Part shown: in pieces, positions 23,438 to 27,706 of the stretch
Layout of the letters: each line of letters begins with the position of its first letter
Position numbering within the stretch: the first letter of the stretch is position 1
DNA from: an uncultured Desulfobacteraceae bacterium
Lineage (GTDB): Bacteria > Desulfobacterota > Desulfobacteria > Desulfobacterales > Desulfobacteraceae
Direction of reading: 5' to 3'
DNA: 27,706 bases
NCBI GenBank assembly: GCA_964021475.1
Contig: CAXHYW010000001.1
Coordinates: forward strand, 1-27,706
Notes under the pieces: model-generated
Told to the model about the DNA's origin: nothing
What the model saw: only the letters and a program-made list of their open reading frames with translations
Database searches by the model: none
Program-made: the position numbers and the translations under genes

Positions 23438-25461
23438 AGAAATTAAAAATTTATTTGTGTGATTTTGTTCATAATTATTTCAGGGCGTCAAAGGATACCT
23501 ATACGGTTCCACTGAATATCGGGCTCATTGGTGCAAATGTCAAAAAAAGACTTGGGGTTTCAGTTGAAGTCAAATTATTCAAATATCCTGATGTACTGAT
23601 TGACGCTGTAAAGTCAGAACCACCCAATATAATAGGGTTTTCATGGTATATGTGGAATGAGAACCTTTCCACCCATATGGCAAAGATGGTAAAGGAATCT
23701 TACCCTAAGGTTCTGACCGTATTCGGCGGGCCCAACATAGATCCTTCGGTCAACGCTATAGAGGACTGGCTTCAAAAATATCCTTATATCGACTATCTTA
23801 TCCCTTTTGAAGGCGAGCAGGTGTTCGCAGATATTGCAGACGCTTTCTTGGAAACACAGAGTATAGAAAAATTAAAACAGAAAAAAATATCTGGAGCTGC
23901 AAGTTTTTCAGGCAAACTACACTATCCAAAGGTTGACATTAAAAAACCCAGGGATATTGATTATCCTTCTGCCTATCTGTCCGGAATGCTAGACGAATTT
24001 CTGGCGGACCCCCATCTTCACCCCGTATTCGAAACCAATAGGGGATGCCCCTTTTCATGTACCTATTGTGTATGGGGATGCGCCAACAACAATTTTATGA
24101 GGATGTGGCCCTATGAGCAGATAATGGATGAGTTTGACTATGTGGATAAAAGGGCTGCCAACAGAGATTCATGGATCATTGCAGATGCCAATTTCGGTAT
24201 TGTTAAACGGGATATTGAGTTTGCGGAACGGCTGGGGTATATCAGTGAAAAGAAACCGGGTATCAAAGATATTGTCATCTGGGATACAAAGAATAATATG
24301 AACCGGACCATCGAGATCGCTGATAAACTGAAAAAAAAATACAGCTCGTTAATTGCCTTTCAATCCCTGGATGAAGAGGTCCTTAAGAATGTGAAAAGAG
24401 ATAATATTCGTCTGTCTTCTTTTACCCGGCATATGGATTATCTCAAGGGGAAAAATATCAATACCGAGACCCATATTCTCACCGGATTGCCAGGCGAAAC
24501 ATATGAAAAACATTTGGTTTCTCTCAGGAAATGTTTTGATTTAGGTATTCAGGAGATAACGGCAAACGAAACCATGATGCTTTCCGGTTCTGAGATGGCA
24601 ATGGAAGAAACCAGAACACAATATAAGATGAAAACCAAATATCGGTTGCAGAGAAACGCCTATGGATATTATTGGAATGACTGGATCATCGAATCAGAAG
24701 AATTGATCACCCAGACAGATTCAATGGATGGGGAAGAGAACCTGAAATTGAAACTGCTCCATTTTTTCATCTGGATTTTTTGGAATTCCAATATTTTAAA
24801 GCCGATTTTGACTACTGCCCATTCCCAGGGTATCAACCCAGTGGATATAATGGTTCGGGCAATGGAAGCTGGAGATAAAATTTCTCCTGAGTATTCAAAA
24901 ACTTTGGCCGATTACCTGGACGAAGCAAGACAAGAGCTTTTTGATACAAAAGAGGCGTTGAATTTATTCTACACGAACCAGGAAGATACAGCCCGGGCAT
25001 TACAGTCATTTGTTTATTTGAATCACAAATTTGCCCCCATGATTTTATTCAATCCAAATATGGTCCAATCTATTATTGATTTTATTGAAAAGGACATCCT
25101 TGACCAGGGGATATCTTCCGGATGCAAATTTGATTTGGGAGAAATCAAGGCCTTTACCCTGAAAAGGCTTTGTCTGAACCTGACCGATCTTGAAACCAGG
25201 AGGGAAATATCCATCTCCGGGGAAACAGCCGATTATCTTTTCAAAAACGGATTAATTCCACAGGCACCTGGAGGCAACCCCTATGCCGGAGCCTCTAAAG
25301 TATCCATTGGATTTACTCAATCGAAAAAGGAAATAATACGGGAAAAACTGGGGGGCGTAAGTCTCCTTGACCACGGGACCATGGGCGCGCTTTTAATTAC
25401 CTTGCCCTTTCTCAAGGATACGATTTATTCTGTAGAATGCTTTGACCTTGTTTCCGCCTGA
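23434..25461 (+). CDS. Cobalamin-binding radical SAM protein (class B methylase-like, 675 aa)
   Basis: N-terminal B12-binding domain (PLNIGLIGA..PNIIGFSWYMWN..VFGGPN..GEGE-like FEGEQ). Radical SAM motif ETNRGCPFSCTYC (CxxxCxxC). The start overlaps the maf stop (ATGA), indicating translational coupling. Confidence 0.92.
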   Translation: MKKLKIYLCDFVHNYFRASKDTYTVPLNIGLIGANVKKRLGVSVEVKLFKYPDVLIDAVKSEPPNIIGFSWYMWNENLSTHMAKMVKESYPKVLTVFGGPNIDPSVNAIEDWLQKYPYIDYLIPFEGEQVFADIADAFLETQSIEKLKQKKISGAASFSGKLHYPKVDIKKPRDIDYPSAYLSGMLDEFLADPHLHPVFETNRGCPFSCTYCVWGCANNNFMRMWPYEQIMDEFDYVDKRAANRDSWIIADANFGIVKRDIEFAERLGYISEKKPGIKDIVIWDTKNNMNRTIEIADKLKKKYSSLIAFQSLDEEVLKNVKRDNIRLSSFTRHMDYLKGKNINTETHILTGLPGETYEKHLVSLRKCFDLGIQEITANETMMLSGSEMAMEETRTQYKMKTKYRLQRNAYGYYWNDWIIESEELITQTDSMDGEENLKLKLLHFFIWIFWNSNILKPILTTAHSQGINPVDIMVRAMEAGDKISPEYSKTLADYLDEARQELFDTKEALNLFYTNQEDTARALQSFVYLNHKFAPMILFNPNMVQSIIDFIEKDILDQGISSGCKFDLGEIKAFTLKRLCLNLTDLETRREISISGETADYLFKNGLIPQAPGGNPYAGASKVSIGFTQSKKEIIREKLGGVSLLDHGTMGALLITLPFLKDTIYSVECFDLVSA

Positions 25462-25470
25462 TACGGTGCT

Positions 25471-26628
25471 TTATTTCGTTAGGGTACATTGGGGCTGGCA
25501 GACTCCTTTGTAGTTAATCGTATAGGTTTGGGTTTCACATTGGAAGTGAAGGGTATGTTCAAAATCAAAATCCAGGCGTTGATCGTTTTTAATCCTGGTT
25601 TGTGTCTGTTCCAAGGCTTTTGCAAAGAACAATCTCATGGATAATCCCATTCCATGCTCCATATGTTTTATATAGCGACCGTCGATATCTTTTTCCGTGT
25701 AGATTTCCATTTGAACGTCAAAGCCAATTTCTTTTAAGGCGTTGACAAGTTTCAACTTTTCTTCTGTATTGGAAATGATGTCTATGTTGGCGTGTACGCA
25801 TCTATAAATGGTTTTTTGGTTGCCTGCCTTACCCATCACAGCCAGGTGCTTTTCGGGAAAGCTCCTAATTTGTTTTCTGTCTTCATTGAAATAATTGGGC
25901 ATAAACGGCTGATGGGTCCATGGAGTGATAACATTCAATTCTAAAATGACGTTGGGAGGGAGGTTGCCGGTAAATTCGGATAAGTTCAGTTCCTGGCCTT
26001 TGATGTACTTCAGACTGGGGGCTGCCCAGGAGGAGTTGTCAAAGACAGCATTCAGGGTGCAGGGTGCCAGTTTTGATATAAGATTGGCAATGTAGCCTCC
26101 GTATGAACTGCCAATGGCATAGATGGTTTTAGGAATTTGGGGGTAGTTAAGAAATAGATCATTGATGGCGAAAATATGATCCAGAGCTGGAAGAAGTCCA
26201 AAATTCTGATAATCATTTTTACCCGGATAAAGGGTCCCGGGGATAACCAGAGGAGTGGTAGGGTCTGCTTTCATTTCAGCTGCCCTGGACATGATGTCAT
26301 CAATGTTTTCATGGTGGGTGAGGCCTGTGAATGACCGAAGCAGTTTCAATGTCTCCATCTCTATTCTGACGGCAGCCCCGTTGTCGGGGCGGGAAAAAAT
26401 ACAGTGGTAGTCAACTGACAGGCAGGCCATTCGGTAATTTTGGCATATATGGTTTTGAAAATTTTCCCTATAAGATCCGGCATCCTCTCCAAATCCGGCA
26501 ATATAAACCACAAGACCAATAATTTCTTCTTTGTCCGGGATGGCAAGAGAGTAATCGATTGTCCTTTTTATATTACTGGCGAGTTCAAAATCTTCATGGG
26601 CCTGAATGGTGTGTCGAAAAAGAGTCAT
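25471..26628 (-). CDS. DUF2920 family protein (alpha/beta-hydrolase-like)
   Basis: Motifs [47 protein letters not shown]...VFDNS and [13 protein letters not shown] match DUF2920 proteins as I recall them from Campylobacter flagellar glycosylation loci. GxSxG nucleophile elbow present. Confidence 0.8.
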   Translation of the reverse strand: MTLFRHTIQAHEDFELASNIKRTIDYSLAIPDKEEIIGLVVYIAGFGEDAGSYRENFQNHICQNYRMACLSVDYHCIFSRPDNGAAVRIEMETLKLLRSFTGLTHHENIDDIMSRAAEMKADPTTPLVIPGTLYPGKNDYQNFGLLPALDHIFAINDLFLNYPQIPKTIYAIGSSYGGYIANLISKLAPCTLNAVFDNSSWAAPSLKYIKGQELNLSEFTGNLPPNVILELNVITPWTHQPFMPNYFNEDRKQIRSFPEKHLAVMGKAGNQKTIYRCVHANIDIISNTEEKLKLVNALKEIGFDVQMEIYTEKDIDGRYIKHMEHGMGLSMRLFFAKALEQTQTRIKNDQRLDFDFEHTLHFQCETQTYTINYKGVCQPQCTLTK

Positions 26629-26657
26629 CCTGTTTCCCTAAAGTTTTTTGATTGGTC

Positions 26658-27660
26658 CTATTGGTTTAAAATCTTTAAATCGTGTTCAACCATCATGGTC
26701 ACTAATTGGGGGAATTGTACCTTTGGTTCCCAGCCAAGAATTTTTTTGGCTTTGGATGGATCGCCGATCAAAAGATCTACCTCGGCCGGTCGGTAAAAAC
26801 TTTTATTGATTTTTAGACGTACCTTCCCGGTTTTCTTCTCAATACCTTCCTCGGCCATGCCGTGTCCGCGCCATTCAATGGGCATTCCGGCGCAGGCAAA
26901 CGCATTTTCACAAAATTCTCGTACCGAGTGGGTTTTTCCGGTGGCGATTACAAAGTCATCGGGTTCCTCCTGTTGAAGCATTAAATGCATGGCTTGGACA
27001 TAGTCCCCTGCGTAGCCCCAGTCCCTTCTGGCTTCCAAATTACCCACCTCAAAATATTCAATTTGCCCGGCATGGATTCTCGCCACGCTGTGGGTAATTT
27101 TCCGGGTGACAAATTCCAACCCCCGCAGGGGGGATTCATGGTTAAAAAGAATGCCTGAACAGGCAAACTGGTCGTAGCTTTCCCGGTAGTTAATTGTGAT
27201 CCAGTGTCCGTAAACCTTTGATACGCCATAGGGGCTGCGGGGATAGAACGGGGTGTCTTCGTTCTGGGGGACTGACTGGACCTTTCCGAACATCTCACTT
27301 GAGGACGCCTGGTAAAATCGAGCTTCCGGCACAATACGCCTGGCTGATTCCAGCATTCTGGTAACTCCGATTGCTGTGAATTCGCTGGTTAATACCGGCT
27401 GTGTCCATGAGGCCGGAACAAAACTTTGGGCCGCCAGATTGTAAATTTCATCGGGTTGGGTCTCTTCCATGACCTGCATGAGGGAGGTTTGGTCCAGAAG
27501 ATCGGCAAGATGGATGGTGATGTCATCCATGAGGTGGTGAATTCGCTCATCCACTACAGTGCTGGATCTGCGGGCCATTCCGCAAACTTTGTACCCGGCT
27601 TTTAAGAGGTGTTTTGCAAGATAGGAACCGTCCTGCCCGGTGATGCCGGTTATTAATGCT
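26658..27660 (-). CDS. gmd: GDP-mannose 4,6-dehydratase (5' end missing, cut by adapter)
   Basis: [95 protein letters not shown]. Confidence 0.97.
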
Positions 27661-27706
27661 AGATCGGAAGAGCACACGTCTGAACTCCAGTCACTCCGGA
27701 GAATCT
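27661..27706 (+). other. Illumina TruSeq adapter read-through with i7 index TCCGGAGA (technical artefact)
   Basis: AGATCGGAAGAGCACACGTCTGAACTCCAGTCAC-TCCGGAGA-ATCT is an exact match to the TruSeq indexed adapter layout; the index corresponds to D702 as I recall it. Confidence 0.99.

Noticed and set aside
20555-25461. Lower GC in maf and rSAM as proof of horizontal transfer
   Set aside because: Spot checks of 60-nt lines gave about 33-45% GC against about 57% in the flagellin repeats. Gly/Ala/Thr-rich composition inflates flagellin GC, and there is no genome baseline and no mobility genes or attachment sites.
1-27706. tRNA, rRNA, CRISPR arrays, IS elements or prophage genes
   Set aside because: None were seen. 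Intergenic gaps are short, and all repeats are in-frame coding repeats with no spacer pattern.

Overview
This window is a late flagellar (hook-junction, filament, cap) locus followed by the start of a flagellin glycosylation island. It is probably from a Desulfobacterota (Desulfobacteraceae-like) genome; the taxon is my inference from protein style. The + strand carries the 3' end of a FlgJ-like gene, a sigma54 promoter, then flgN, flgK (1432 aa), flgL (1038 aa), csrA, fliW and a giant minor flagellin (1414 aa). The - strand carries a giant sigma28-driven major flagellin (1292 aa) and fliD-fliS-fliT-like-flaG. Further right are a Maf/DUF115-TPR glycosyltransferase and a B12-dependent radical SAM enzyme (+), and a DUF2920 hydrolase-like gene and gmd (-). 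The last 46 nt (27661-27706) are an untrimmed Illumina TruSeq adapter, so gmd is truncated and its predicted N-terminus is an artefact. The main novelty is that both flagellins have a Campylobacter-type core with about 790-915 aa of Ser/Thr/Gly-rich 36-39 aa repeats built from [LIV]-x-x-G-[ST]-x hexads. These look like a two-armed beta-solenoid outer domain. FlgK and FlgL are each enlarged with unrelated repeat modules. The major flagellin leader also holds CsrA-type GGA hairpins and a perfect 14-nt complement of the 16S rRNA 3' end.
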